Positions 9,984 to 19,493 of a DNA stretch of 60,853 nt are shown in pieces. The stretch is from a virus. Taxonomy: Duplodnaviria > Caudoviricetes. Made by a program: the position numbers and the translations under genes. The notes under the pieces were generated by a model that saw nothing but the letters and a program-made list of their open reading frames with translations, was not told the origin of the DNA and did not search any database. Location of the stretch: IMG/VR virus record IMGVR_UViG_3300036987_000332, positions 1-60,853 of that record. The stretch is one strand, 5' to 3'. Position 1 is the first letter of the stretch, and every line of letters starts with the position of its first letter.

Positions 9984-10463
9984 TAAATAAATATATTAAT
10001 GCAAATACAGCTTTTGCTATATTCTGAAAAATAAAATTAATAGGAGAGAATATCGTTGCTGATGCTAATACATCATCTTGTAGTATCTTAATGTAGTCAC
10101 CCTTCTGACGCTTTTCAATCTGTAATATCGACATCTTTAAGTATCGAGTACATAACTCTGTTCTCATTCTTCTTGCGATATTTTGTGTTATATGCTCTTT
10201 TCCGAATTGTGTAGTCCAAAAAAACGCACTATCCGCAATAAAAGCGAGAGCAAGCAGGACACCCAATAATAGCAAATTGTTATTTTTTAGTCCGGTAGCT
10301 ACATCCAACATTCTTCGTAATATATCTGCTTGAATAACCTTAATAAAGGCGATACAAAGACTGGAAAGCAAGACAATACATATCCATCCCTTTTCTTTGT
10401 TATAATGCAATCGAATATATGCTGTTGAATATTTCTTCATTTTGTATTCCTTCTACCATCAGT

Positions 10464-12116
10464 TCAAGACAATGACTGCATCCATAATATTTGATCCGTT
10501 TCACAGATAATGCTATCACGATGTGTAACATTAATCACAAGACCAGTATAACAATTTCGTATAGCACGATCAATTTCAAGCATGCGTTGTTCATCTAAAG
10601 CGGAATATGCCTCGTCGAGTAAAAGCACTGCAGAAGGTCGGGCTAAAGCGCGTGCTATACAAAACCGTTGTTGTTCACCCACAGATAACTCAGTATATTC
10701 ACTGATATTTGTTTCCCAGAAGTTTGGAAGTTTATTGATTATCTGTGAAAGACCGCATATTTCTGTTAATTTATCAAGTGAACAGCCTTGCCACGGGAGC
10801 ATAGACGGCTGTGAAGCATTTGCACTATCAATAGCAAAATTATTTAGGACGTTTTCCTTCAAAGTTCCACTAAATAAAAACGGCTTCTGCGCAACATAGA
10901 CAATCTCGCGCTGTATTGCTTCCATACTCCATTCTGATAGCGGATAACCTTGATATGTAAGTGTACCTTTTTCAATATGATAAAGACCCATTAATATTTT
11001 AAGCAGAGTCGATTTACCACTTCCATTAGTTCCTTTCAATATGACAATACCTTTCCTAGGTAGTTGAAAAGATAATCGATTAATAGGCTTTATGCTATTA
11101 TTATAAGAAAATTCTATTTGATCAGCTATATAGAGAATATCACCATCGTTTCCTTTGGTATAAAGACCATCATGTTGTGGTAACATAAATATTTCGTTTA
11201 TACGCACCTTGCTGATTCCCAAAGCAGTGAGTTCCATTATATCACTGACTAACCCTGGTATTGCCATAAATACACTCTCAGTCAATGTGAAGTAAACCAG
11301 GATAACCCCTATATCTATTCGCCCGACAGTCACCAAAAAAGCGCCAAGAGCAAATAAACCGCCGTATCCAATGGATATCGCTATCTCGGAAAATTCATTG
11401 GAAAAGTGCTGTATTCCACTGGAGTAGATTCCAGTTTTTTGCACTTTGGCACTGGCTTTATCAACTCTCTTTGAAAAGAAATCATATCCGCGGATAGACT
11501 TTATCAAAACGCTATTATCGATAACCTCCAATATTCTGTTTAGCAGTGTGTCTTGGGCTTTGAGTTTTACTTTTCTGGCGTTTCGAACTGTAACACTAAA
11601 AACACGTGATAAGATCAATGAAAGTAAGCCTGATCCTAGCATTAATGCTGTTAATTCCCAACTTAACATCACTAAATATATAAGTCCTAAACCAATCATG
11701 AGAATTGATGTAATAACACCACTTAACTTTCCAAAGTACCATGATGAAACTGATGAAATATCACCATTAAATCGCTGTATCAATTCACCTTCCGAGTAAC
11801 CCTCTATCTTTAGAAATTCACTATTCATTAGTTTATCGGCCATAATCAAGCGATTTCGTTCAACCATCTGTCGTTCAAACTTAACTGTGACTACATCTTT
11901 GATCTGTAGCATAAGTGAATAAATAGTAAATGCTAAAATAAGCCATGGTAGCAGTCTAATCACAGATTCTATCCTACCTCGAGCTGTTTCATTGAAGACT
12001 CTCCGTAACAGCTCTGAAACCAATACATTAGAACAGGCAATTATACTGCCAATCAATACTATAAATGCTATTTTCATTTCATTGTTTTTCGTGGCCATAT
12101 GAAATCCACGTAGCAT
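10464..12116 (-). CDS. ABC exporter ATP-binding/permease protein (partner of the disrupted gene)
   Basis: Six-TM N-terminal domain, GTNGSGKS, degenerate signature LSVGEQQR, LLLDEA; AT-rich. Confidence 0.9.
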   Translation of the reverse strand: MLRGFHMATKNNEMKIAFIVLIGSIIACSNVLVSELLRRVFNETARGRIESVIRLLPWLILAFTIYSLMLQIKDVVTVKFERQMVERNRLIMADKLMNSEFLKIEGYSEGELIQRFNGDISSVSSWYFGKLSGVITSILMIGLGLIYLVMLSWELTALMLGSGLLSLILSRVFSVTVRNARKVKLKAQDTLLNRILEVIDNSVLIKSIRGYDFFSKRVDKASAKVQKTGIYSSGIQHFSNEFSEIAISIGYGGLFALGAFLVTVGRIDIGVILVYFTLTESVFMAIPGLVSDIMELTALGISKVRINEIFMLPQHDGLYTKGNDGDILYIADQIEFSYNNSIKPINRLSFQLPRKGIVILKGTNGSGKSTLLKILMGLYHIEKGTLTYQGYPLSEWSMEAIQREIVYVAQKPFLFSGTLKENVLNNFAIDSANASQPSMLPWQGCSLDKLTEICGLSQIINKLPNFWETNISEYTELSVGEQQRFCIARALARPSAVLLLDEAYSALDEQRMLEIDRAIRNCYTGLVINVTHRDSIICETDQILWMQSLS

Positions 12117-12199
12117 GATTTTCTGTCCTTTCTGACAATATTCCGCCGAGTCTGCCGCCAGATGGAGCGCGCACCGATTATATATGTGAATCCTCTGAA

Positions 12200-12400
12200 A
12201 TGTTAATATAAATTTTTAATGATCTCCGGCTTTCTATTGCAGAGAGCAGCCTCAGGCGTCGCAGAGTGAGTTCCTTCTCCATTCTGTAGCTGACTTCATA
12301 AACCACGGTTTGACGGCTGAACCGGTCAATGATAACAAATAGATAGAGGAAGCCTTTCTTGAGGTATAAGTATATAATGTCGACACCCCAGACATTCCAA
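12200..12400 (-). pseudogene. IS3-family transposase (rve core) remnant
   Basis: NVWGVDIIY…KGFLYLFVIIDRFSR resembles the IS3 WxxDITY…YL…D.FSR core; short and degenerate. Confidence 0.65.
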
Positions 12401-12598
12401 ACAAGGATAGTATATCTTTTATCTCCAAGAAACATGCCTCCTAGTTAAAATTCACTACCTCGTTGTTTATAAAAATCTGTACTTCGTATTATCCTTCAGT
12501 CAGATGTGAAATAAGCATACTGCTATTATATAGAAAGCTCAGGATCAGCGCTAGTACATAGATCAGGTATAAGCAAAGTCGATTTCATCATCCGAAAA

Positions 12599-14173
12599 TC
12601 ACCCTGCAACCTCCGAACCATTCTTGAACCTAAACATCAATCCGCCATCAGCCATGACCGTTACCCTGTCAACGGCTACCGCCCAGAGCCGATCGTCAAA
12701 CTCAGTAATGACCAGTGGCCGAGACTCAATTTCTCGGATGAAGCCGTCAAGGATCAAATTTTTTGTTTTCCGAGCTCGCTTCATGTCCTCCAACTCTGAG
12801 ACGCGAACCTTAGCCTTGCGGTACCGATCCAGATATCCGTTATTCCGTTCGTTAAATGTATCCTGACTCTGGGCAACGCGGGCGTTATCGTGGATTGCTT
12901 TTCTGGACAACTCGGTGACTACCTTGATTTCACGATGGAGTTCATTAAGTCCAGAATCAATTTCTTTACAGTCACAGAGAGCCGTCTGGGCAAGCCGACA
13001 GTTGGCGATCAACTCCTCGCGGTCACCCATCAGGGTGTTAAAGGCAACGAGGAACTTCTGTTTGATCTCATCTTCTGTCAGATGCGGGGTCTGGCAGGGT
13101 TTTTCATGCTCATACTTTTCATTGCATCGCCAGATAACCCGGCGGTATTTGGAGGTGCTCGCCCAGACCTTAGCGCCGAAATAGCCGCCGCATTCGCCGC
13201 AGACTATCTTTGCGGAAAATGGACTATTGCTGCTGATCGGCCGACCGAGATTCTTGCGCCGTTCGATTTCTGCCTGGACAGAGTCAAACTCATCCGGATC
13301 GATGATTGCGGGATGACTGCCTTGCACATAATATTGTGGAACCTCACCTTCGTTGGCCTTTATGACTTTTGTGAGGAAATCCACCGTGAATTTCTTCTGA
13401 AGAAGCGCATCGCCTTTGTACTTTTCATTGGAAAGGATACTTTTAATGGTAGCAACCTGCCATACTTTTTTGCCGGCAGGTGAGGGGATACCCTGATCAA
13501 CGAGGAATTTTGCGATGGATGAAGGTGTTTGTCCTTCCATGAAGCGCCGAAAAATCATGCGAATTATTTTGGCTTCGGTTTCGACAATCCTGGGAAAGCC
13601 ATCCTCGCCTTTTTCATAGCCAAGGAAATGGGCGTAGGGGAGACTGATCTTTCCGTCAGCCATACGCTTTCGCTGACCCCAGGTCACATTTTCAGAAATG
13701 GAGCGGCTTTCTTCCTGAGCCAGGCTGGACATGATCGTGATCAACAGTTCCCCCTTGCTGTCCAGCGTGTAAATGTTTTCCTTTTCGAAAAAGACCTCGA
13801 CGCCTTTTTCTTTGAGTTTTCTCACCGTAACCAAAGAGTCCACCGTATTTCTGGCAAATCGGCTGACAGACTTGGTAACGATCAGATCGATTTTTCCATC
13901 CAGAGCGTCAACAATCATCTGGTTAAAGCCATCGCGCTTCTTGGTATTCGTGGCGCTGATGCCTTCGTCAGTATAAATCCCGACATAGTCCAAATCGGGT
14001 CGTTGCTGGATGAGCTTGGTGTAATAATCAACCTGTGCCTCATAGCTTGTAAGCTGTTCCTCACTGTCAGTAGAAACCCTGGCATAGGCAGCCGTTTTTC
14101 GATTCGTGGACTGCCGCGGATCACGAGTCATGTGCTTATCCCTTGATGCCGGGATTACCCTAACATTAGCCAT
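12599..14173 (-). CDS. Large serine recombinase (resolvase + recombinase + Zn ribbon + coiled coil)
   Basis: AAYARVST catalytic Ser, TKSVSRFARN, LAQEESRSISEN, CGECG. Confidence 0.95.
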   Translation of the reverse strand: MANVRVIPASRDKHMTRDPRQSTNRKTAAYARVSTDSEEQLTSYEAQVDYYTKLIQQRPDLDYVGIYTDEGISATNTKKRDGFNQMIVDALDGKIDLIVTKSVSRFARNTVDSLVTVRKLKEKGVEVFFEKENIYTLDSKGELLITIMSSLAQEESRSISENVTWGQRKRMADGKISLPYAHFLGYEKGEDGFPRIVETEAKIIRMIFRRFMEGQTPSSIAKFLVDQGIPSPAGKKVWQVATIKSILSNEKYKGDALLQKKFTVDFLTKVIKANEGEVPQYYVQGSHPAIIDPDEFDSVQAEIERRKNLGRPISSNSPFSAKIVCGECGGYFGAKVWASTSKYRRVIWRCNEKYEHEKPCQTPHLTEDEIKQKFLVAFNTLMGDREELIANCRLAQTALCDCKEIDSGLNELHREIKVVTELSRKAIHDNARVAQSQDTFNERNNGYLDRYRKAKVRVSELEDMKRARKTKNLILDGFIREIESRPLVITEFDDRLWAVAVDRVTVMADGGLMFRFKNGSEVAG

Positions 14174-14177
14174 TTCT

Positions 14178-15482
14178 TCATCGTTCCTTTCTTTTCATGC
14201 GAGCCTTCGCCTTCATATCGTTTGTCCAGCTTTCGCTGCGTGACCGGTATTTCCAAGTGCGTGATATCCTTGAACCATCTTTGATTACAAACTCAACAGT
14301 GCCATTCTGAGGAACATATATGCCTGAAATATTCTCGGGAAAAACAATCGGATCATATTGGTCTAGCCCGAGTACTTCCGCAGAAAGCTGCTTGAGCACC
14401 TCTTCAGGAATTGGCTTTATGCTGCAACAGTCTGTTCCTTCAGTATTATAGGTCGAACATACCCACTTATAACTTACATACTTTGTTCCGGCATTACAGA
14501 GTTTCCTTCGGAAATAACTGCCGCATGAGCAGCACTGGATTTTGCTGGTGAACTCCGAGAACACCGGTGTTTGGGGAAAAGGCATGTATTTTTTCTCGCG
14601 ATTCGCTATTTCTTTCTGCACTTCATCGAAAAAACTCTGAGAGATTATGGCTTCATGCGAGTCTTCTACATAGAACTGCGGATATTCACCGTTATTGTAT
14701 ATTTTCGTCTTGGACAAATGATCCTTGATATATGTCTTTTGTAGTAGCAGGTTACCGGTATATTTTTCATCCCGAAGAATGGTGTGGATAGTGCTGATCA
14801 TCCATTTGCCGTTTGATTTTGTTGGACTATTAAGAGCCCGAAGTTTTCGGACGATCGCGTTTTTACCCATACCACCCAGATAATCCGTAAAAATCATCTT
14901 CACTATCGCCGCTTCATTCGGGTTGATGACGAGCTGACCGTCTGAGAGGTCATAACCCAATATCCTCAAATTCCCCGGTCTACCGTTTTTGAAATTCTGT
15001 CGAACTCGCCATTTGCAGTTTTCGCTTACAGATAGGCTTTCCTCTTGCGCATAGGATGCGAGAATCGTGAGCAATAATTCACCATCTCCGCTCATGGAAT
15101 GGATATTCTGCTCTTCAAAATACACATCAACACCGATTGCTTTCAGTTCCCGAACGGTTTCTAGCAGCGTGACGGTGTTTCGGGCAAAGCGTGAGATTGA
15201 TTTTGTAATGACCTTTTCGATGAGCCCGCTCTTACAATCGCTCAACATTCGTTGAAATTCAGGCCTGTTTTCCTTTGTTCCCGTCATGGCTTCATCAGCA
15301 TACACACCCGCAAACTCCCATTCGGGATGAACCTGAATCAGGTTTTGATAATAACTGACTTGGGCAGCAAGCGAATGAAGCATGGCATCCTTTTCGCTCG
15401 ATACCCTGGCATATGCAGCAACTTTACATCTGGTAGGGAACTGGCTTGTCGATATTAGTATTTTTGTAATTATTTTATTCAT
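14178..15482 (-). CDS. Large serine recombinase
   Basis: AAYARVSS, TKSISRFARN, YAQEESLSVSEN, CCSCG; start at MNKII (15482). Confidence 0.95.
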   Translation of the reverse strand: MNKIITKILISTSQFPTRCKVAAYARVSSEKDAMLHSLAAQVSYYQNLIQVHPEWEFAGVYADEAMTGTKENRPEFQRMLSDCKSGLIEKVITKSISRFARNTVTLLETVRELKAIGVDVYFEEQNIHSMSGDGELLLTILASYAQEESLSVSENCKWRVRQNFKNGRPGNLRILGYDLSDGQLVINPNEAAIVKMIFTDYLGGMGKNAIVRKLRALNSPTKSNGKWMISTIHTILRDEKYTGNLLLQKTYIKDHLSKTKIYNNGEYPQFYVEDSHEAIISQSFFDEVQKEIANREKKYMPFPQTPVFSEFTSKIQCCSCGSYFRRKLCNAGTKYVSYKWVCSTYNTEGTDCCSIKPIPEEVLKQLSAEVLGLDQYDPIVFPENISGIYVPQNGTVEFVIKDGSRISRTWKYRSRSESWTNDMKAKARMKRKER

Positions 15483-15502
15483 CAGAAGCCCACCTCGTAG
15501 TG

Positions 15503-15533
15503 ATATATTCGCTCTGTGAAGAAGGGTTATCAA
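15503..15533 (-). promoter_or_regulatory. Motif A promoter-like element (TTGATA-N12-AGAGCGAATATAT) upstream of the recombinase
   Basis: Same architecture as the copies at 37176, 38646 and 40013. Confidence 0.6.
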
Positions 15534-15694
15534 GTAATACTGCGATATATACTGCACGAAGAAATGGCGTATTTTTGGGCAACAATGGTATCAATTCTCA
15601 TCAGTTCATCCTCATTGATGATTCCCTGCGAATGCCACTTTATGAAGATCGAAAGCGCTGCTTTGTAGTGAATGATGGCCAACTCTCTAGTCAT
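15530..15694 (-). CDS. Small SHOCT-like protein of the recombinase module
   Basis: MTRELAIIHYKAA…QGIINEDEL…; usual position before tandem serine recombinases; overlaps the upstream stop. Confidence 0.7.
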   Translation of the reverse strand: MTRELAIIHYKAALSIFIKWHSQGIINEDELMRIDTIVAQKYAISSCSIYRSIT

Positions 15695-16091
15695 GGCATG
15701 CCCTCCGAGATAAGCCGTAGCATTTCCGGGAACAATATTTCCGATTCTTATTGCCATAGCTCTCAAAAAAGATTCCGCAACATGAACAGATCATGGGGTA
15801 TATTGCTTTCTTATTGATTATGTCGGGGTGAATGCGCCACCACTTCATCCGACATTGATCGGAACAAAAGCGCTTCGTTTTTTGCTGTGAAGAAGGGGAG
15901 AGTTGATTCCCGCATTGTTGGCAATGCCCCGAAGCTATAGTAACAATATGAACTGCATTTCCACCTAAGTTGTTACGCCGACAATATGACTTCACCGTGT
16001 TTTCTGAGAGGTTAAGCTTGTTCGAGATCGAAGAGTAGCTGGCTCCTTCGCCGCGCATTTGGGTGATTTTTTCTTTCTGAATTCGATTCAT
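15687..16091 (-). CDS. HTH + double Zn-finger protein (possible excision/directionality factor)
   Basis: HTH (ISNKLNLSENTVKSYCRR), CQQC…RFCSDQC, CSCC…KYCSRKC; RBS AGGAGG. Confidence 0.8.
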   Translation of the reverse strand: MNRIQKEKITQMRGEGASYSSISNKLNLSENTVKSYCRRNNLGGNAVHIVTIASGHCQQCGNQLSPSSQQKTKRFCSDQCRMKWWRIHPDIINKKAIYPMICSCCGIFFESYGNKNRKYCSRKCYGLSRRACHD

Positions 16092-16109
16092 ATTCTCGTC
16101 CTCCTATCC

Positions 16110-16139
16110 ATATGCGAAAAAGGAAGATGAATCGAACCC
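16110..16139 (-). promoter_or_regulatory. Motif B (GGGTTCGA-N11-TTTTCGCATAT), putative phage-sigma promoter
   Basis: Identical boxes and spacing at 49758-49787 and 54942-54971. Confidence 0.75.
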
Positions 16140-16143
16140 TCAA

Positions 16144-16182
16144 AATAAAAAAACGCCCACAGGGCGGTTAACCCTGCAGGCG
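16144..16182 (-). terminator. Probable intrinsic terminator after the holin
   Basis: CGCCtgCAGGGttaaccgCCCTGtgGGCG followed by a T-run on the minus strand. Confidence 0.6.
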
Positions 16183-16207
16183 CATTCATGTTGATTATTT
16201 GTATCGT

Positions 16208-16663
16208 TTACTGGTCTGGAATATTGCTGTCTGGCTTTCCCATATCGCGGAGCTGTTCAAATTTTGACTTAATGAAGTCCGGCAGAGGCAGGCCCATGAT
16301 ACCCAGGTTCTCCACAATCGACAGTCCTTCATTTCCGCAGAAGAACAGTATAATCGCTGTACGGCAAAACGCCTGCAGGCCAAGGATCGCATCCAGCTGC
16401 ACCCCTATCAGCACAACTAAAAGGATCAACCCCTTACGAATCAGTCCCTTGAATCCAGCCTTGGACTCAAGTGCGCCGGTTTCGGACTTACTGGACTTCT
16501 GCCAGACGCCGGCGATCAGAAGGCCGGTGACGAAGTCAATCGCCATCAGGATGATGAGTGTCTGCAAGGCTGTATCCCACCCTCCCAATGTTCTGGCTAA
16601 AAAACTGCCGGCAACCGAAAACGCTACCAGCACAGAGTCTTTGATAATCATTGCTTTGTTCAT
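16208..16663 (-). CDS. Phage holin (holin_4 family)
   Basis: LGGWD…L…MAIDFVTG, GLIRK, NEGLSIVEN…GLPLP. Confidence 0.9.
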   Translation of the reverse strand: MNKAMIIKDSVLVAFSVAGSFLARTLGGWDTALQTLIILMAIDFVTGLLIAGVWQKSSKSETGALESKAGFKGLIRKGLILLVVLIGVQLDAILGLQAFCRTAIILFFCGNEGLSIVENLGIMGLPLPDFIKSKFEQLRDMGKPDSNIPDQ

Positions 16664-16678
16664 GTTGTTTCCCTTCTT

Positions 16679-17506
16679 TCACTTGTTTGGAATTCTCAAG
16701 ATCTGGCCGGTATAAATGATATACGGCTCTTTCAGGCCATTTTGTTCCACAATCTCCTGGTATCGCCTGCCGTCACCCAGCAGCACCTGAGCGATACGCC
16801 ACGGACTGTCACCGTCTTTGACTGTGTACAACCGCACGCCATCGATCTGCAAGACTTGACCCGCATAGATCGTATAGGGCGCTGATATTTCATTCAGCGC
16901 TGCCAGTTCCAAATACCGTCTGCCGTCACCCAGTAACCTTCTGGCAATCGACCACAGCGACTCGCCCCGCTGTACCACATAGCTGCTTTTCTCTTCGTTC
17001 ACATAATCGATGAATGGACACTTGAACCAACGAGTCCAACTGGTTTCATTCACATCCCTTGTCAGTCGGGTCTTGATAACCCCGGACTTGGTGCCGTGCG
17101 CTTCAATAACCTCGCCATTACCGATATAAACACCGACATGCCCACTCTTCGATACAATCAAGCCCTTGATCTCGGGCAGCGTTGAAATCGGACCTTTTTC
17201 GGTAGCCGCGTTGTATAGACCATTGGCAGAGACATCCGGAAGGCCGTCCAGCCTGTAGACGATCTTGCCGTCGTCATTGGTCCAGTAGTGGCCCTTTATG
17301 AGGCCAACACAGTCCTGCACCGGCTTTCCCAGCCAGTTGGCGCGGATGAAAGACAGGTACGGCAGCACCTTAAGCGGATACTGCTTCAGTTTGCCAGCCA
17401 AGAGTGATTCGGTCAGCACATGACCGTACGTGCCATAGACATAGCCGGTGCCCAGTCGTGATATGGCATAACCGACCAGTGATAGATTGGTTTTTCTTTT
17501 CGACAT
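16679..17506 (-). CDS. Endolysin, NlpC/P60-like + 2 LysM
   Basis: YVYG…DCVGLI…GHVGVYIG; two LysM repeats (YVVQRGESLWSIA, YTVKDGDSPWRIA); start MSKRK. Confidence 0.9.
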   Translation of the reverse strand: MSKRKTNLSLVGYAISRLGTGYVYGTYGHVLTESLLAGKLKQYPLKVLPYLSFIRANWLGKPVQDCVGLIKGHYWTNDDGKIVYRLDGLPDVSANGLYNAATEKGPISTLPEIKGLIVSKSGHVGVYIGNGEVIEAHGTKSGVIKTRLTRDVNETSWTRWFKCPFIDYVNEEKSSYVVQRGESLWSIARRLLGDGRRYLELAALNEISAPYTIYAGQVLQIDGVRLYTVKDGDSPWRIAQVLLGDGRRYQEIVEQNGLKEPYIIYTGQILRIPNK

Positions 17507-17558
17507 GGTGTTTTCCTCCATAAAAAATAGAGCCCTTTCGGCTCCTTCGGGTGTTCTG

Positions 17559-17708
17559 TTACGCGTTCGCTTCTGGTTCAGGCTGTTCTTCCACGACCTT
17601 AATATCCTGCTGGATAGCTGCAATCAACTGCGCAACTTCCGTGTACGGCCTGGTTACCAGATAGTTGATCATCTGTTCCAGCAAGTTTTTGTCAATTGTA
17701 AACCTCAT
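17559..17708 (-). CDS. Small tail-fibre-associated protein (49 aa; not in ORF track)
   Basis: MRFTIDKNLLEQMINYLVTRPYTEVAQLIAAIQQDIKVVEEQPEPEANA with RBS AGGAGG. Confidence 0.75.
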   Translation of the reverse strand: MRFTIDKNLLEQMINYLVTRPYTEVAQLIAAIQQDIKVVEEQPEPEANA

Positions 17709-17716
17709 GTGCCCTC

Positions 17717-18010
17717 CTAAATTTCTTTTGCCCCGGCAAACTCAGGAATTTCCGCTGCAAGCCGCTTGTAAATATCCGCCCTCGTGTAGCCCAGCTCATC
17801 GTTTGCAGCTAAATACACTTCCCTATAGGCATTGGACAAGGTTTGCCCTCCTTCCATCTTTTCTCGATCCCTGTATGTTTCATCGGCATAACCCAGAAGC
17901 TGAACCGTGATCACGGGTACATCCGTCATATACTGCTCAATGATCGCCGTTACACGGAAGTAGGTAGCCGTTACACCGCGTTCGTCTGTGATTGTTTTTT
18001 GTAGTGCCAT
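17717..18010 (-). CDS. Hypothetical tail-fibre-associated protein (chaperone-like)
   Basis: MALQKTITDERGVTATYFRV…; RBS AGGAGG; directly after the fibre gene. Confidence 0.7.
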   Translation of the reverse strand: MALQKTITDERGVTATYFRVTAIIEQYMTDVPVITVQLLGYADETYRDREKMEGGQTLSNAYREVYLAANDELGYTRADIYKRLAAEIPEFAGAKEI

Positions 18011-18023
18011 CAAATCTCCCTCC

Positions 18024-19469
18024 TTAAACCAGAACAGCAAACCAGTTCGCGCTGATATTAGAAAAGCCTGACCCGCCGATCGTCGCCTGAAAGCCTGTTG
18101 TTGTGATATTCCTGATTTTGAGTGCACCAATATCACCGGTAAAATCGTGCGTGTACTGGCCAAACACCCTGGGTGCGGAAGGAAAGGTTTTCCCGAACGA
18201 AACAGACGCCCAGGATGCGGTTGTCAGCGTCATTGCCCCTGCTGCCCAACAGGTATTGGTGCCGATGGTCAGCTTATTGAAGTACCCTTCCAAAGCATGA
18301 ACCGCCTGCCACCGCCTGGTTGTCGTGCCGCACCGGTCGTTATTGTCCGCGTGCGGCTCTACACGCCAGCAGGAGACAACGCCGTCCGCAGCAATAGCGC
18401 CGCTGGTTAGCGCTCCACACGAGAGTGGGTGCCCGTTCATCGTAACTGTGCCCCAAAACCGGTGTGTTGCCGATGTGCTGCCTGTGCTGCCCCAGTCGAT
18501 CAGGTAAGCTGTATGCAAATTACTGCTAACCAGTTTAGCGAAATTGATCGTCTTTGCTCCTGCCGCCGCAGTAATCCATGGCCCGGTAGGACCTGCTGTC
18601 TGAATCGAAAAATAACCAAGTTCAACACCAGAACTGGATAGCTTGACAGCACCCGCATCGAGCTTGGCCAGATAGCTTCCGGCTAAGGCTTCAAACGAGC
18701 CTTTCGCGGTCAGGCTCGTACCATTCCAGGCCAGTGCGCCATTCCCGAACGAAAACTGACCGTTGGCCAGGCTGATCCAGGAATTCCCCGTGGCTGACTG
18801 CAACGTCCCGGTGGTGACCTTGCCCGCATCAAGGCTGGCGATCTTGGCCGACTGGATGGTGGCATCTGCAATCTTGGCGTTGGTGATCGCCGCATCAGCA
18901 ATGATGCCGCTTGCTGCCGTGATCGTGCCAGTCACCAGCTTATTGGCTGTTATGGTTGCCGCCGCAATCTTGTCGCTCGTGATCGCACCTGCTACAATCT
19001 TGTCTGCCGTAATGGCACCTGCCGCGATCGCTTCAGCGCCTATGGCATTAGCTGCAACAGTTCCTGCCGTGATCGCGTTTGTCGCAACCTTGCCGGCTAT
19101 GACAGAATTGGCTGCCAGTTCGCTGGCTGAGATGGCGCCTGCTGCGATCTCGTTGCCGGTGATGGTATTGGCTGCGATCGCCGCAGCGAAGATCGAGCCA
19201 GGCACGATCAGGCCGCCGTCAAGGATGGTTGCAGTGGGTACAACCATCGCAATGCCTGACTTATTAAGAAATACCAGGACATCTGCTGAGGTCAGCGCTG
19301 GGAAAGTGTCTGACACAACAAAATAACTCGGGCTTGAGGCCAGCCAGTACACATAGGTATAGTTCGTGTAGCCGTTGGCGATAGCGTAGGATACGCCATT
19401 ATACTGGATATTGACGCTGCTCCACTGGATATACCCGGCAGATGGTGAGTTATTCAGAATGGAATACAT
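18024..19469 (-). CDS. Tail fibre / receptor-binding protein with decapeptide repeats and C-terminal H-lectin/gp53-like domain
   Basis: (GAITADKIAA)n repeats, PHADNNDRCG…RW motif, VSFGKTFPSAPRVF…NITTTGF…NWFAV. Confidence 0.8.
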   Translation of the reverse strand: MYSILNNSPSAGYIQWSSVNIQYNGVSYAIANGYTNYTYVYWLASSPSYFVVSDTFPALTSADVLVFLNKSGIAMVVPTATILDGGLIVPGSIFAAAIAANTITGNEIAAGAISASELAANSVIAGKVATNAITAGTVAANAIGAEAIAAGAITADKIVAGAITSDKIAAATITANKLVTGTITAASGIIADAAITNAKIADATIQSAKIASLDAGKVTTGTLQSATGNSWISLANGQFSFGNGALAWNGTSLTAKGSFEALAGSYLAKLDAGAVKLSSSGVELGYFSIQTAGPTGPWITAAAGAKTINFAKLVSSNLHTAYLIDWGSTGSTSATHRFWGTVTMNGHPLSCGALTSGAIAADGVVSCWRVEPHADNNDRCGTTTRRWQAVHALEGYFNKLTIGTNTCWAAGAMTLTTASWASVSFGKTFPSAPRVFGQYTHDFTGDIGALKIRNITTTGFQATIGGSGFSNISANWFAVLV

Positions 19470-19493
19470 AAATGGTCACCTCTTTCACCTGCC

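Larger units (their letters stand above)
7788..10440 (-). pseudogene. ABC exporter (TMD+NBD) interrupted by an IS1595-family element
   Basis: Removing the IS and one target copy joins 10440-9992 to 8982-7788 in frame (…ALIYLFIIDYVIAITVISISS…, 547 aa). Walker A GSSGSGKS, signature LSGGQ, DEAT. Confidence 0.9.

Noticed and set aside
16110-16139. GGTTCGA(A/T) in Motif B as a tRNA T-loop or tRNA-derived att site
   Set aside because: No cloverleaf or acceptor stem around any copy. Fixed spacing and position before start codons fit a promoter better.
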